Origin: Azolla caroliniana
Taxonomy: Eukaryota > Plantae > Polypodiophyta
Assembly: GCA_043228905.1 (NCBI GenBank)
Contig: JBHGNT010000020.1
Location: 3,968,001-4,032,000, forward strand
Direction of reading: 5' to 3'
Length of the DNA stretch: 64,000 bases
The notes beneath the pieces were generated by a model. It worked only from the letters and a program-made list of their open reading frames with translations, searched no databases and was not told the DNA's origin. Of the stretch, positions 25,340-38,699 are shown piece by piece. How positions within the stretch are numbered: the stretch's first letter is position 1; each line of letters starts with the position of its first letter. The translations under genes were made by a program, and so were the position numbers.

Positions 25340-28155
25340 AACGACATCCTTTCTCAGTGCCCAACATGGTAAAGCCGATGCCCTATCTCGGCGTTCAGAA
25401 TTCGAAATCTGACCAGGAGATGCGACCTGCAATCAACAATCACGTTGTCTCCTACAACCACATCAAATTCAACTCTTTGCAGCTTATATGGGTGCGGATG
25501 AATCATTACTCAACGCAATAGCCACAAATACTGCCACCGACAAGTTTGCAAAAGAAATTAAGGAGAATCAAGTCAACAACTCAACCATAAAGGAGGTACG
25601 GAATATTCATGACCAATTTATGTTTTGGGATGGTTTTCTTTTCTGGAACAACTTAATGTATGTCCTAGATGGTCCTTGTCGTATCCGTATCATGAAGGAA
25701 TGCCATGATGATGCCTTAGCTGGACATTTTGGCGTTGCAAAAACTTTGGAGTTAATCTCTAGAAGTTATTGGTGGCCGCAACCTTGGAAACTTGTTAAAA
25801 ATTTCGTGAAAACATGTGATACATGTGCCCGTGCCAAAGGAGTACATCATCGTCCCTAGGGTCTACTTCAATCTCTGTCAATTCCAAGTAGGCCATGGCC
25901 CTCCATCTCGACGGTGTCGAGATATTTCGCAAGTGCGTGTGGAAACGAGGCGGGACCGCGAGGGTCTCGAACCAAAGAGCAAGCGAGGGAGGAGAAAGAG
26001 AGAGAACCGGCTACGCAGGACCGGGGATACACAAGGACACGGCCCTTCAGCACTGAGAACGCGAACAGACACTGACACCGACAGATGCGAATGACTAAAT
26101 ATGTATATTAAGAAAAATGGCTAACACGACTACAACCCTCGATGGGGCACAGGTTGGCTACAACCGAACAGGCCGGCGAACAGATGCCGATGCCTGTTCG
26201 CTTCGACGCACAAAGGGGTAGCAGGTCAGAGGTGCTGCCGGAAGCACTCGGGCGTTCCTCGAAACAACGCGAGCCTCCTCGGAACCCTGCACAGAAAAGC
26301 TATGGAGCTCGAGAAGGAAGGGAAACAGAGAGAGAAGCGTCCAGAAACGGTCCGACAGCACTTCGTCCTCTCTGCGCGAGATGCCTGCAACAGCTCTTTT
26401 CTGCTCCTTATATAGGCCGACGAGCAGGCCGTCATGTCAGCTTTATTCCCTGTCCCTTTTGGACAGGGATCCGCTCCGTTCTTCACGCATCCGCGTAGTT
26501 ACGCCGCCGACTCGTACAGTTCCTTAGCTCGCGCGCGCGACCGAAAAGACTGTTCGCGCGGTCTTCGTCTCCACTTGTGTTAGGGCCCGTTCCTGCCGAT
26601 TATCCTCCTAATTCGCTTCTATGTACAACTTGGAGCGTGCGTGCGTGAGGAACCGGTTCCCACGCCTTGGTGTGCCGATTCCGCTTATGGACGGTTTTCT
26701 TCACGACAACGGATTTTATCACCGACCTTCCCGACATTGAGGGATTCAATTCAATATTGGTGGTGGTTGACAGATTCACAAAGATGGCACATTTTATTCC
26801 ATGTTCTAAAGCAATTTCAAGGATGGAAACAATAGATCTATTGTTAACAAATATTGTGTGCCTTCACGGTTTACCGAATGAGATTATCTCTGATCGCGGT
26901 CCCCAATTTATGTCTCATTTCTAGAAGTGCCTCTTCCAGACTCTTGGAACTTCCACAAAATTTTCGACAGCCTTCCATCCTGAGATAGACCGCCAAACGA
27001 AACGAGTAAATCAGATCCTAGAGCAAATCTCCGATGTATGATAAGATATCAACAAGATGATTGGATCAAATTTCTTCCAATGGATGAGTTTGCCTACAAC
27101 AATACTCTCCACACATCAACTAGCATAACAGCCTTTTTGGCAAATTATGGGTTCCACCCACGCTTTAGCATAGCTATCCTTGCTGGTTCTGTGAATCCAT
27201 CTCTTGAAGAACGAGCTCATCTGATGAAAGAAGTGCATCATGACCTATCCCTAGAACTCTCCATTACTCAGGAACGACACAAAGAGAAGATTGATCGACA
27301 TCGGCGGGTTGTGCCTGGTTTTAAAGTCAGTGACATGGTCTAGCCATTACGTCGGCATATTCCAACAACTAGCCCATGCAACAAACTTGATTACAAAAAG
27401 TTGGGTCCATTCTACATCATTGACAAAGTAAACCTTGTGGCTTTCCGTCTTGCTCTTCCATTGCACTACCGAATTCATAGTGTCTTCCATGCATCACTTC
27501 TTGAGCTCTATCATCCATCCTCAATTCCAGGAAGAAGCATTGAGCCACCCCCCCTGTGGCTTTGGTGACTAGGGATGAGTATGAAGTTGAGACCATTCTA
27601 GACTCGCGCAAGAGCCGATGGAAGCTATAGTATCTGGTCTTATGGAAAGGATATCCCATCTCTGAGGCCACATGGGGAGCCCACTAGAAATTAACGAAAT
27701 GCCCTGGAAGTGGTTCATGATTTTCATCTCGGATATCCTCACAAACCTGCATCTTCTTGAAGTCGGCGCTTAACGGGAGGATAATGTCATGAACATCGAC
27801 TCATATTTGAACCTTCGTTCATTGTATATATATATTTTTCCTAGACAAACTTTAGACTTTAAACCTTTGTATAAAGAGTGGTATGTAAGATTGAGTATGC
27901 AAGACTCAATATTTAAGACTTGGCATGCAAGAATTAGTATGCTTGATATTATAGTATGTAAGACTTGGCATGAACATGCTTATCATGCATCACTACAATG
28001 TAACATGTATAAAAAGGGTTGATCTCCCTTGTTAACATCAAGGAGATCAACACCAGTCATGGAATAGATATTCTTACTCATTGTCATCAACTTCTCCATC
28101 TCTCTATCTCGTCAACTTATCCATCCCTTTATCTTCTAATTGTTCATCTATGACA
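25340..28155 (+). mobile_element. 5'-truncated degenerate chromovirus Gypsy (integrase-chromodomain) + 3' LTR 27785-28155
   Basis: CHDDALAGHFG, CDTCARAK, TDFITDLP, SDRGPQF, chromodomain YEVETILDS; PPT gggaggataa then TGTCA...TGACA. Confidence 0.85.
25915..26708 (-). mobile_element. Solo LTR (TGTCG...CGACA) with 4-bp TSD ACGG, related to 833-1538
   Basis: ACGG at 25911-25914 and 26709-26712; removal restores S-I-S-T-D-F-I; both termini resemble those of 833-1538. Confidence 0.85.
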
Positions 28156-28379
28156 AGATATTCTTTGCGATTGCCTAGTAAATGCATTTTGCATTCTATG
28201 TGCAAGAGTTTGTGAATGCCCATAAGAGTTTATATGTGTGTGAGTAAGTGTTTGCGTTTATATATAATTTATGGATACATTTATGTTTGGGGGGTATTTG
28301 GGGAACATAAAAGTTTCCTGCTCCTCCTCCGTTTAGTCTAGTCTAGTTTAGTTTAGTCCATTCATTGATTACAGACAGA

Positions 28380-28656
28380 CAGACAGATCAGATCAGAAGA
28401 GCGCATCTATTACATACATATATTGATCGCGCAGCAGGCGAGTCCCGGTTCTCTTGTGTGCAGGCAGGAAGAGGAGGAGGAAGGGAAGGCATCTAATCCG
28501 TCTAAAGGTATGTCTCCTTCTCTCCATCTTCTGTCGTTTCTTCATGTTGTGTGCGTTCAGAGCTTGCCAATTTAATCAATTGCAGAGTTTTATATGTTCC
28601 TTGCTCATTGGGAGATTGCGTCCGATCTGAAATCTAGCAGTTCGTGTGTGTATGAG

Positions 28657-28709
<53 letters not shown>

Positions 28710-29658
28710 TCTATTGTGCTTTGCATATAAGTAGATTGTGCTGACCATCTATCCCTCTTTATCTTTTCATTCATAGATTTCGGCATGCATGGCATATATG
28801 ACATCTGTAGACGCCGCATTTCTGGTTTATGTAACATGTAAGACCTGTTTATATCACTGTGTTGCCAGCTGTTGTGGAAGGAGGAGTTTCGGACGGAAAC
28901 GAAATCCAGCAATCCATCCCCATTGAAATCAATAATCTATTATAGTTGGATACCAATCACTGATCTGAATGATGCCTTGCTCACTATTGGGGCTGTCTCC
29001 TCCCCCTCTGGATTATATCTTTGGGTACCAATGCACTGCTCCTTATCTTAAGGCAATCATAGAGGATAAATGCCAAATCTGTCCAATTATGTACCCCATA
29101 AAGGCTTTGGTCACCAAATTCACTCTGTAGAGAACAGTTTTTGGTGTTAATAGCAAATGAAACCACCACAAACCCGTATTTGGAACTGTATATATGTTGC
29201 ACATTGTTTTTGTAGGGTATGAAGGGTTGCATATCGACTTTGACAACCCTTTTGTGACCTCTATAGATGCAAAAGCATCCAAATCAAGCATGCCATTGTA
29301 TACTCCACAACTATGCATATCAACTGTCTCCCAAGTCAATTGGCATTTACAAGGCCAATCCTGTTCGTAACATATACATCCTTTTGGTCACTATCCATCA
29401 CTACATCCTTTTGATCATTATCCTTCACCTTAAAGTGTAGATATGCATGGTCTGCTGTGAGGCCAATAGTTCTACTAGAGGTAGTGAATTATCTTATCTT
29501 GGGTAGAAGGAATGGAGATCTGATGAAGTAAATGACTGTGTTTGCATCTCATTTGGGATTCCAATGTGTCAAAGGCATTTTGACAAACTATTGTATATCA
29601 TGAATCCATGTGCACTACCTAGGGCAAGAGAGTGTGCCATATTTTGTTACTTTACCAG
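28380..29658 (+). other. Putative 5' UTR exon and intron of the downstream gene
   Basis: AAG|GTATGT donor at 28508; pyrimidine-rich tttaccAG acceptor at 29658; unique non-TE sequence; splice sites inferred only. Confidence 0.4.
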
Positions 29659-29787
29659 CATCAGAAAGTTAAAGCATGTGCACCAAATGGCAGCACATAC
29701 TTGGCCATGGGAAACCAAAGAGAGAGAGAGAGAGATCTGAGAGAGTGAGAGTGAGATAGAGAGATCATAGTTGGTTGATGTGAAGTA

Positions 29788-30111
29788 ATGGCTGGAGCAA
29801 GCACCCATGTTGGAACGATAACAGAGAGTGAGCTCTTGAAATATGATGGATCGAACCCTTCTCTTCCCATATATGTAGCGATAAAGAAACGAATATTTGA
29901 TGTGTCAAGTGCGCAAGGTTTTTATGGGCCACGAGGATCGTATGCAGTGTTTGCAGGGAAAGATGCAAGTAGGGCACTTGCCAAAATGTCTACAAAAGAA
30001 GAAGATGCCATTGGGTCACTGGAGGGTTTGACAGAGAAGGAATTGAAAGTTCTGGATGATTGGGAAAAGAAATTCGAGGACAAGTACCCAGTGGTTGGGT
30101 TTCTTGAATGA
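29788..30111 (+). CDS. Cytochrome b5-like heme/steroid-binding protein (MAPR family, short soluble type), 107 aa
   Basis: ELLKYDGS..PIYVAIK..IFDVS..FYGPRGSYAVFAGKDASRALAKMS..LDDWEKKFEDKYPVVG motif set; intact intronless ORF. Confidence 0.92.
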   Translation: MAGASTHVGTITESELLKYDGSNPSLPIYVAIKKRIFDVSSAQGFYGPRGSYAVFAGKDASRALAKMSTKEEDAIGSLEGLTEKELKVLDDWEKKFEDKYPVVGFLE

Positions 30112-31050
30112 TTTTTCCATACTGTGCTTATTGAGAACATTTAGCCTTCATGGACTCTGTAATGAGGGCTGTAAAGCTGTGCTGATTAATTATAACAGTT
30201 TCCACACACAACTGTTAACAGATTGACTATCATATAATACTTATTCCATTCAACGATCTAAAATATAAAAATTTATGTTTTGGGGACATTTGCGTTCTTA
30301 AGTCTCACTTTAATGAAGCTTTTGGTATGTGTATTTAAGGATATAATATTCTCTACATTTGAAAGGTTTTGTTTCCTGCCTAATGTAAAATTGGAAAGCT
30401 CTAATGTTGTTTCACAATTAATCCTAAATGAACTAGTTAAATTGCGATGTTTTCTCATCTGCATTCAACAATTTTTATTTAGTTTTTGCATTACTTCATC
30501 TATTCCTTTAATTTCATTGGCAACATATCAAAGAGGACCAATGTGTGCAAAGCTGACTTACATTAAACAAATCTTGTAATGGGTGTGTTCTTTGTTTATT
30601 AGTGAGATACTGGGTCTCCGTTTTTACCAGGCTGTCTCAAGAGAAAATAGTGATGGATGAACCACAAAAACTTAGCCCTCCTGTGTTTCACTTTACCTCT
30701 GGTTCTTAGATATTGAAAATTGTGCTTGATAAGTAATTTTCTTAATTATGTCTGTATGCTTGATTAATTATTCACACTAAAGCACGATTTAGAATTATTG
30801 TGCATGGGATCATCATGTAGGCATTGGTAGGGCCTTTTTAGAAATTTTTAGTGAGCTTTGATGCAACTCCTACCAATCGGTTTGCTACTTTTATGAATGC
30901 TCCTTGTCATTTACGTGCTATCATGCTGACCCTAATTGCTATTTCTGCACTCCCCCTCACATGCTGGTTTTTCGTAATGGATTGGTAGCTAAACTTTTCT
31001 TTTCTTGTGAATTTGTGAAATTAAATAGAATTCCCAAGGGTCGTGATTGT

Positions 31051-31130
31051 TTATAAATGGATAAAGCTTCAAGTTTTATAAATGGATAAAGCTTCAAGTT
31101 TTATAAATGGATAAAGTTGCAAGTTTTTAT
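31051..31130. repeat. 25-bp tandem repeat, about 3 copies
   Basis: ttataaatggataaagcttcaagtt at 31051, 31076 and 31101. Confidence 0.9.
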
Positions 31131-34100
31131 CAATTTATTCCTATGTGTTTTCAATAACTTCTCCTTGTGGTACACGTATACTACTATCGAGGAACATTTT
31201 GTTCAATTTCATTATTTATAACTCCCATGTGTATTCGTTCCCATTGGTTATATTGTCTTCATTTTAATGTCCATTCACAGGTTTTCAAGTCCAAGGAAAC
31301 ACACCCTTGCCAACTCCAAATTGCTTCCATTGTGGTAACTTCCTATGTGTTGATTCTCTTTTTGCCACATTATATAACAATCGAAGAACAATTTTTCACT
31401 TTCAACTTTGTGTATTTTTTGGTGTTTTGACATGTATATATATTATTATGAACATTTTGGTTGACTTTTGACCTAGAAAACCCTAATGCCTACTCACATG
31501 TACATTCATTTTAATGGCCATTCTTGGTTCCCAAGTCCATGCAAACACAACCATGCCTATTCTAGTACTTTCATTGTGGTTTCAACTCCAAGCATGATCA
31601 TCATGAAGCCTCACGGTTTGGTTTTTGTCGTTTTTGCTTTAATTGGGAAGAGAGTCTTCTCTTAATATATTTTTGTCAAGATTCACTCAACAACAGTGTT
31701 GGGCAAAGTCTTTAGCCCCTAGCGGAAATTTTCTTGCTTATGAACCTAATTGAAATTTTGAAATTTTGACCGGCCACTTTCCTACACGTGATTATGTCAA
31801 CCGACGTTGAATTTTTGTTTTAGCACATACCAAATCAAATAAAGTTTTTTTAGCACAATACCAAATCAAATAAATCACAAACAAAAATAGTGCTTTCTTT
31901 CGCCTTTCCTATTTTTTTGTGGGCCATAATGTAGAGTATGTAAGAGTAGCATAATCTATGGATTCAATTTACAACCTATTTGGGGGTACTGATCTGAGCT
32001 CTCAATCCCCCGAGTTGATAGAAGGCTAACAACATAGCACCAAAAACATAAAGAGGTTACTTTTGGGGAAGGGGGTGACACAAGAAGGAAGAAGACGACA
32101 CAATAGAAATGCCATCACTCTTGTATTATTTGCCAGTTACAACGTTGTCAAAAACTATATACATATAATGTCGGATGGATCTTATCCTAGACAACAACAA
32201 TATTATCTTTACATACACAAAACACCATTTACAACAATTGTAAATATAAAATTCTCATCATTTAAAACTCTTAGATCACATTTAAAACTCATCATTTGTG
32301 ATTTGAATGACATTTCAATTCTTATATAAAATTCTCAACTAGGGTAATGACATAATCGCCAATTACATAATCCAAGGGTTATCAAGGCTTTTTTTGACAA
32401 CCCTAACATGAATTTCCAAATTTTTTCCTGAGAGGTGCACTTTAAGATGCATAAATCTATGGATGGTACACTAATGTATTTGATTAATTTAAGAGAGCAA
32501 GCTTACTTATCCCAACCACGACTTCAACTCCAAGTACAACAACAGTGTATGTTGTTGATCCCCAGTTTTGTTTCCTTTGTACTTTTACTCCTATTCTTCC
32601 ATGTTGGAACTCAATATCACTCTAGGATTCTCGAGGAATACTTTTCTTTGCCACTCCTTGAGTGTAGTTTAAATGAAGCTTTAGAACCTGAATAGAATTG
32701 TGTTTTAAGACACTATTGAATGACTTTCTGAATAAAATAAACTTTGAATATTGCCAAAACTTGAGCTACACCAAGAAATATATTTGAACATGGAGTTAAC
32801 TTGACTGACAAACAAGTATATATTTTGCTCAGGACTAACCTAACATGATTAAAACCTCAAACCATTAAACTAATCCGCCTCTCTAATTTTAAGATAATTT
32901 AGGAAAGAGACTGTCAATTGTGCTAGCCAAATGGCCTGATAAATAACTGAACTAGCAATGAGCATAATACCTTGGCACCTGAAAATCTTGCATAATTTAT
33001 AACATTCATAAGATCATCATTAGTAGCTAGGATTACACGGTCACCTTCAACGTCTTCATATTGCATGTCAATGTGACACAATAAATCACTTGATACCAAT
33101 TAGCAAACTACAGTTTGGAGCAAAAAAAATTACCTTTATATGTGATGATTTTACTGACATCAAAATCATCACCAAGTCTTTGTGCTATTGTAGAAATTAG
33201 TTTTGTCAAGTTCTCAATTCCGAAACATTCAACATTCACATAACTTCAATTCCAAGTCAAGGGCTCTAAAACCATAACCCATTTAGCATGTAAACTTTAA
33301 AATGAAAATACCACTTTTGAAATGATGAACGTTGCCCATGGTTTCCTATTATATTTCATGCATGAAAAGAGAACTCATGCAATATTTCCCAAACAATGTT
33401 GTCAAGAACAATATGCAAAGATAAGTATGTTAAGGAACAACCAACCAACACACACTTTTGCAGCTAGATTGTAGATGTGGAGAGATTTTCAGATAGTAGC
33501 TCCATTCTTCATAACATTAACCATGTGGCCTCTTCCAGTGGACTGCAAAATCTTATCCTGTTCACAATAAAGGAAAAAACAAAATACAAATATCAAGTTT
33601 TGCAATACCCTATTACATATGAGGAGGTGATTGGCCTGCGAGAAAGAGACCAAATAATCAAACAACATTTGAGAAACGATGGAGAATGAGACGCAGAAAT
33701 AATTGAGCGAGATTGGGAGAAGAGGAATTTGATCTATCCACTTGCTGTTTTCAACCACATTACCTACATATCCCCCAAGTAAAGAGTTTTATCTGCCATA
33801 TGGTTATGGTGGTTCTTATCCTCTTGCTACTTATTCTCCACTGACCTATACCCAACCCCATAGCCAATTGTAGCCTCCCCAATCTCAAGGTGTATCATCT
33901 ACCTATCCACCTTCATATCATCCGACCACCAAAGGTGATGTAAATTACCCACACCCATATCCCCCTAACTTAGATGGTGCCTATCTACCTGCCTATCCAC
34001 CTCTAACTGGTGTAACCTATCCAACTTCAAGATGCCCTTCATCTGAGAAATTAAGTGGTTATCTAGTGAATCTTTATCTTATATTAGAGGTCTTGACAAA

Positions 34101-34537
34101 GATAAGGACAAAGCGAAAGGCAAAGAGCACAATGACAAAGACAAGAATGACACATCGCATTGTGCTTTGCACATAATCCCTTCTTTCTGTATATAAAATT
34201 TTCCAAACATTAAATTTGTGAAAAGAGCAGAATGCACCAACCTGTGTATCTGGCTCCCACTTCCATGCATCCTTTAGTTTTCCTATCTCGCCCTTTTGTG
34301 GATTAATAAGAGAGCTTAGTGTGGCTTCTTCTTTTCCAACCATACTCAACATAGAGATCCTACAAAAGAGCAAGAATTAGTTGATATTGTATATTGTGAC
34401 AAACGTGTTAAAATACTACAACTTCCCTTGAAGAGCAGAGAAAGAATTTAAGTACACACAGAAAGCAACAACACACTGAGAATCTATGCAGATGTGCGAT
34501 GAAGTAGTACATACACACAAGTAGGACGAATGAAAGA

Positions 34538-34628
<91 letters not shown>

Positions 34629-34629
<1 letters not shown>

Positions 34630-37600
34630 CAAGGGTTGTCATGATTATTCGTGATTCATTTTGTCCACATATAGTCTATAATAATCCATATGGACGTTTT
34701 TTGGTGATGGAAGTCACTTAGTATTTTGAGGATTTGATATGGTTGGTAGGAATCTATGCACCCAAAAATACTAATCAACACATTGAGTTATGGTCTTCAA
34801 TGTATCCACGGTTATTAGTGGGACGTGTTGGTTTGTTAATGGGTGATTTTAATGTGTGTTGATGCTTCACAATCTACTTCACGATTCTCATTGATGGATT
34901 CTCCTAAGCAAGCAGTTTGGGACAAATTGACATCATAGGTTTTGAAGTTGGATGTATGGAAATGGTTGCATCAAGATGAGGTTGGCTTTACATTTTAGTC
35001 TATGCAATACAAGGAAACATGGAGTAGGTTAGATAGAATGTATGTTATGCATGATGAGTCCTTTTTGCTAGAGATGCTTAATATGTCAATTATGCAAGAG
35101 GTTGTGACATTGGATCATTTTCCCATATGTTTTGAGTTTAATAAACATGGGGTAGATATGTACAAAACATTGCTTCAACGAGTTCCTTTGAAGTTTAATT
35201 CTTCTTTATTATTACATTCTTTATTTGATACCTATATGCAACAAATTTTTGGCATGTTTTCAAAACAAGTTATTTCAAATGGATGGCATGCATGGGATAC
35301 AACACTACAAAACATCAATGATATTCATCGTATGTATGGCATGACTAATGCTAAAAGACGTAAGAAATTGATTGATAAGTTTTCATATATTCTTACACGG
35401 TGCAATGTACTATTGATGAATAATCCACATGATGAAGAGCTTTTGGATGTTCAAGTTCAAGTGCAGGACATTGTGAAGAATGTCTTGTCAAAGTTATCAA
35501 CAGACAAGACTATGTCAATTAAAGGAGGGATTTATAGATAATCAATCACAATCTCATATGTTTTTTCAAGGATTAAGACCACCATATGCTCGTTCAAATG
35601 TGGTACAAATTAAGATAGGGGACGACATTGTTGTAGACCCAGTCAAGGTTATTGAGTTATGTATTACTCATTTTAAGAATTTGATTGGGCTAGAGTTGAT
35701 TATTAATGAGTATTTCTTGAAAGCACGATAAGAGTTTTATAATGTAATTGGGAGTGCCGTGAATACAAATATTTGTCAAGAATTGGATGCTGATTTTGAA
35801 GAAGCTGAGGTGGAAAAGGTATTGTTACACCTTCCAAATGGTAAAAGCCTTGGCTGGGATGATGTTACAAATGACGTTTTAAAGAAGTATGCTAGCATGC
35901 GTAAGAGTCCATTCACACAAATGTTTCAACAATATTGGGATTCTGGTTTCATGCCTGAGAGCTGGAAGGTGGACTTAATCAAATTGATACCAAAGGTACC
36001 ATCTCCAGAGTCATTTCATCAATGGAGGCCTATTTCATTGATGGGAGGGTTGTACAAAGTGTTTGCAAAGATATTATCCAACAGACTTAAGAAGTTCTTA
36101 CCTCAACTTATTCAGCCATCTCAATATGGTTTTATTACAGGTAGAAATATATTGCATAATGTTTTGAATGTTCAAATGGTGACCGATTATGCTCGACATA
36201 CACATCAAGAAATTGTTATGGTGCAATTAGATTTGGAAAAAGCATATGATCATGTTAATTGGTCTTTCCTCTAAGGTGTAATGTATAATATAGGGTTTGG
36301 TCCTCGTATGTGTCGACTTATCTTTTTGCTAGGGCAAAATGCAACCTCTTGTGTGATGCTTAATGGCGGAGTCACTCCGAAAGTGTTTCTTACTAGATCC
36401 GTGTGGCAAGGATGTCCACTAAGCCCATTGTTATTTGCTATTGTTACACATCCTTTGTTAGTAATGTTGTCAAATCTTGCGGCTAGTGGTGATATTGTGG
36501 GCTTGCATCTTCCTTTTGGTAGACAATTGGTGGCACAAGCATTGGCAGATGATTCTTTTATTTTTTACAAGCCTCAAAAGAAAATCTTAAAAGGAGTATG
36601 CAAGTTTGGGATCAATTTGCTTTGGCTTTAGGGTTGTATATAAACTGGAGGAAGTCTCGGCTTATTTCTTGTACGAAGAGTGATTTGGAATGTTTGGGAT
36701 GGCGAGGGTCAGTGATTACACGAGGTTCAATTTATCGACATTTGGGTTATCCATTGGGCATTGATGTTACAAATGTTCAATTGATTGATTGGATTGGTCG
36801 TAAATTGAGGGACAAATTTATGTATTGGAAGTCTCAATTATGGCCCTTTCATGTACGACTCAAAGTGGTGCAATCTATCTTGATACCCATGTTATTATAT
36901 TTTTTGCCTTTACTTCCTTGGACTAAGAAGGCATTACAAAGCATGTTACAACCTATTCGGTTCATGTTGTGGCAGAAGGGAGTTACATGGATTTCATGGG
37001 ACCATTTGGCTATTCCTAAAAGGTTAGGTGGTGCAGCAATATTGGATTTGGAAAGGCATTTGATGACTCGTAGATTTACATTATTACGAGATATATGTCA
37101 ACAAGATCAACCATGGATATCTATGATGCAATATTTTATTGAGCATGAAGGATTGGTGGATGGGAAAACAAAGATTCAAGCATCATGGCGGTCACTACTG
37201 AATGGAAGTATTCCTCTAAAGATTTGACATTCTATATGTGGACAACATTTGGTAAGATCGTGGCAAGATGCATTATCTCTTTTTGAATGGGGACCATAAA
37301 GTGATCGAGAATATTGTAATTCATTACAAAACGAATTGCTTGTTTCTTCTTGAGTGTTGTTTTGGCATGGGAAAGAGAAGTTGAGATCTCAATTCAATCG
37401 TTTATTTCGATTGGGGATTGTACATTTGGAAGATGTAGTTATGTATTCCCCCAAATTATGGATTTATTTGGGAGAAATTACATGATATGCCATTGTTGCA
37501 AGGATCTTTGCCATTGAAAACCAATTTTACACCTTGGGTAGATTGGCGGTTACAAGATGGTACACGCTTGTTACAGGTCACTACAAATATATTGTATCAT

Positions 37601-38286
37601 CATGTGATGGCATCATTATCTTGGCTATCTCCTAAAACAATGAAGGAGTGGAATGTATATAAGTCAGATGCAAGGTGGTGGAAAATATCACAACATGGTT
37701 GGCATTCCCATCTACCATTTCGTGCAAAGGTATTTATATGGAGAGTCATGATTGGTGGGCTCCCATTAGGTTCGGCCTTAAAGAGACGAGGACTAGGGTC
37801 TGGCACTTGTTTCTTTTGCACCGTTCCATTAGATGATAGTACACATAGGTTTATTAAATGTCCTGTAGCGTGTACCATTTGGAAGTACGTATCGGACATT
37901 TGGCAAGTTTTAACCCATTGTTGTTTGAGACCTCAACAATGGGTTTTTTCTCAATATGTTCAAAATGGATCAAATGATAAGATGGAGATATTGTTCAAAT
38001 TTTTACGTTATTGGGGTCTACAACACAATTGGAATATGCATAATGCTTTCATGTTTGATAATAAACATGGGGTGAAAGCCTATATAAAGAAGCTTAAAGG
38101 TATTCTCATGTGGAATTTTTGGATGTTAGAGAATGTGGGGATCATTTCCTCAAATGCATATCTAGGTTTTTTAGTAGCATTACAGAACGTCCCTCTCCCT
38201 ACATAGGGATATGATAGGTAGAGGAGACTAAGATGTGTTGTAACTATGTGGATTTTACATACAATTAATATAATTGTGTGCTTTTA

Positions 38287-38290
<4 letters not shown>
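34629..38290 (+). mobile_element. Degenerate 5'-truncated L1/Tx1-like LINE (EN-RT-zf-RVT) flanked by (GA)n on both sides
   Basis: WSRLDRMYV..DHFPI (EN); WRPISL, QYGFITGRNI, LDLEKAYD, QGCPLSPLLF, LADD (RT); FIWRV..CFFC..STHRFIKC; (GA)n at 34543-34628 and 38290-38328; no poly(A). Confidence 0.9.
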
Positions 38291-38328
<38 letters not shown>

Positions 38329-38331
<3 letters not shown>

Positions 38332-38680
38332 TACCTTGGTAGCCATGGCAAAACAAGAGCAAATAGAGAAGGAGATCGTCCTTCTCCATTTGCTTGGTAG
38401 CCATGGTGAAACAAGAGCAAATGTAGAAGTAGAACATACACACAAGCAGGACGAATGAAAGAATGAGAGAGAGAGAGAGAGATATAATACCTTGGTAGCC
38501 ATGGCAAAACAAGAGCAAATAGAGAAGGAGATCGTCCTTCTCCATTTGCTTGGTAGCCGTGGTGAAACAAGAGCAAATGTAGAAGTAGAACATACACACA
38601 AGCAGGACAAATGAAAGAATTAGAGAGAGAGAGAGAGAGAGAATACCGAGGGCCTAGTAGCCATGGTGAAGCAAGAGCAT
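38329..38680. repeat. ~155-bp tandem repeat units separated by (GA)n
   Basis: ataataccttggtagccatggcaaaacaagagc...caagcaggacgaatgaaagaat at 38329 and 38484; the unit end is also seen at 34501-34540, left of the LINE. Confidence 0.85.
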
Positions 38681-38699
38681 AAAGCTTTGCAGAAAAAGG

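Noticed and set aside
8463-28160. The two chromovirus halves as a single element
   Set aside because: Opposite orientations, dissimilar LTRs, and flanks ATTGC versus AGATA are not a TSD.
33780-34045. Pro/Tyr-rich (YPP-like) coding-looking stretch
   Set aside because: No continuous ORF or recognisable domain; at most a decayed fragment.
34408-34721. Ser-Leu and Glu-Arg dipeptide ORFs
   Set aside because: Translations of (GA)n.
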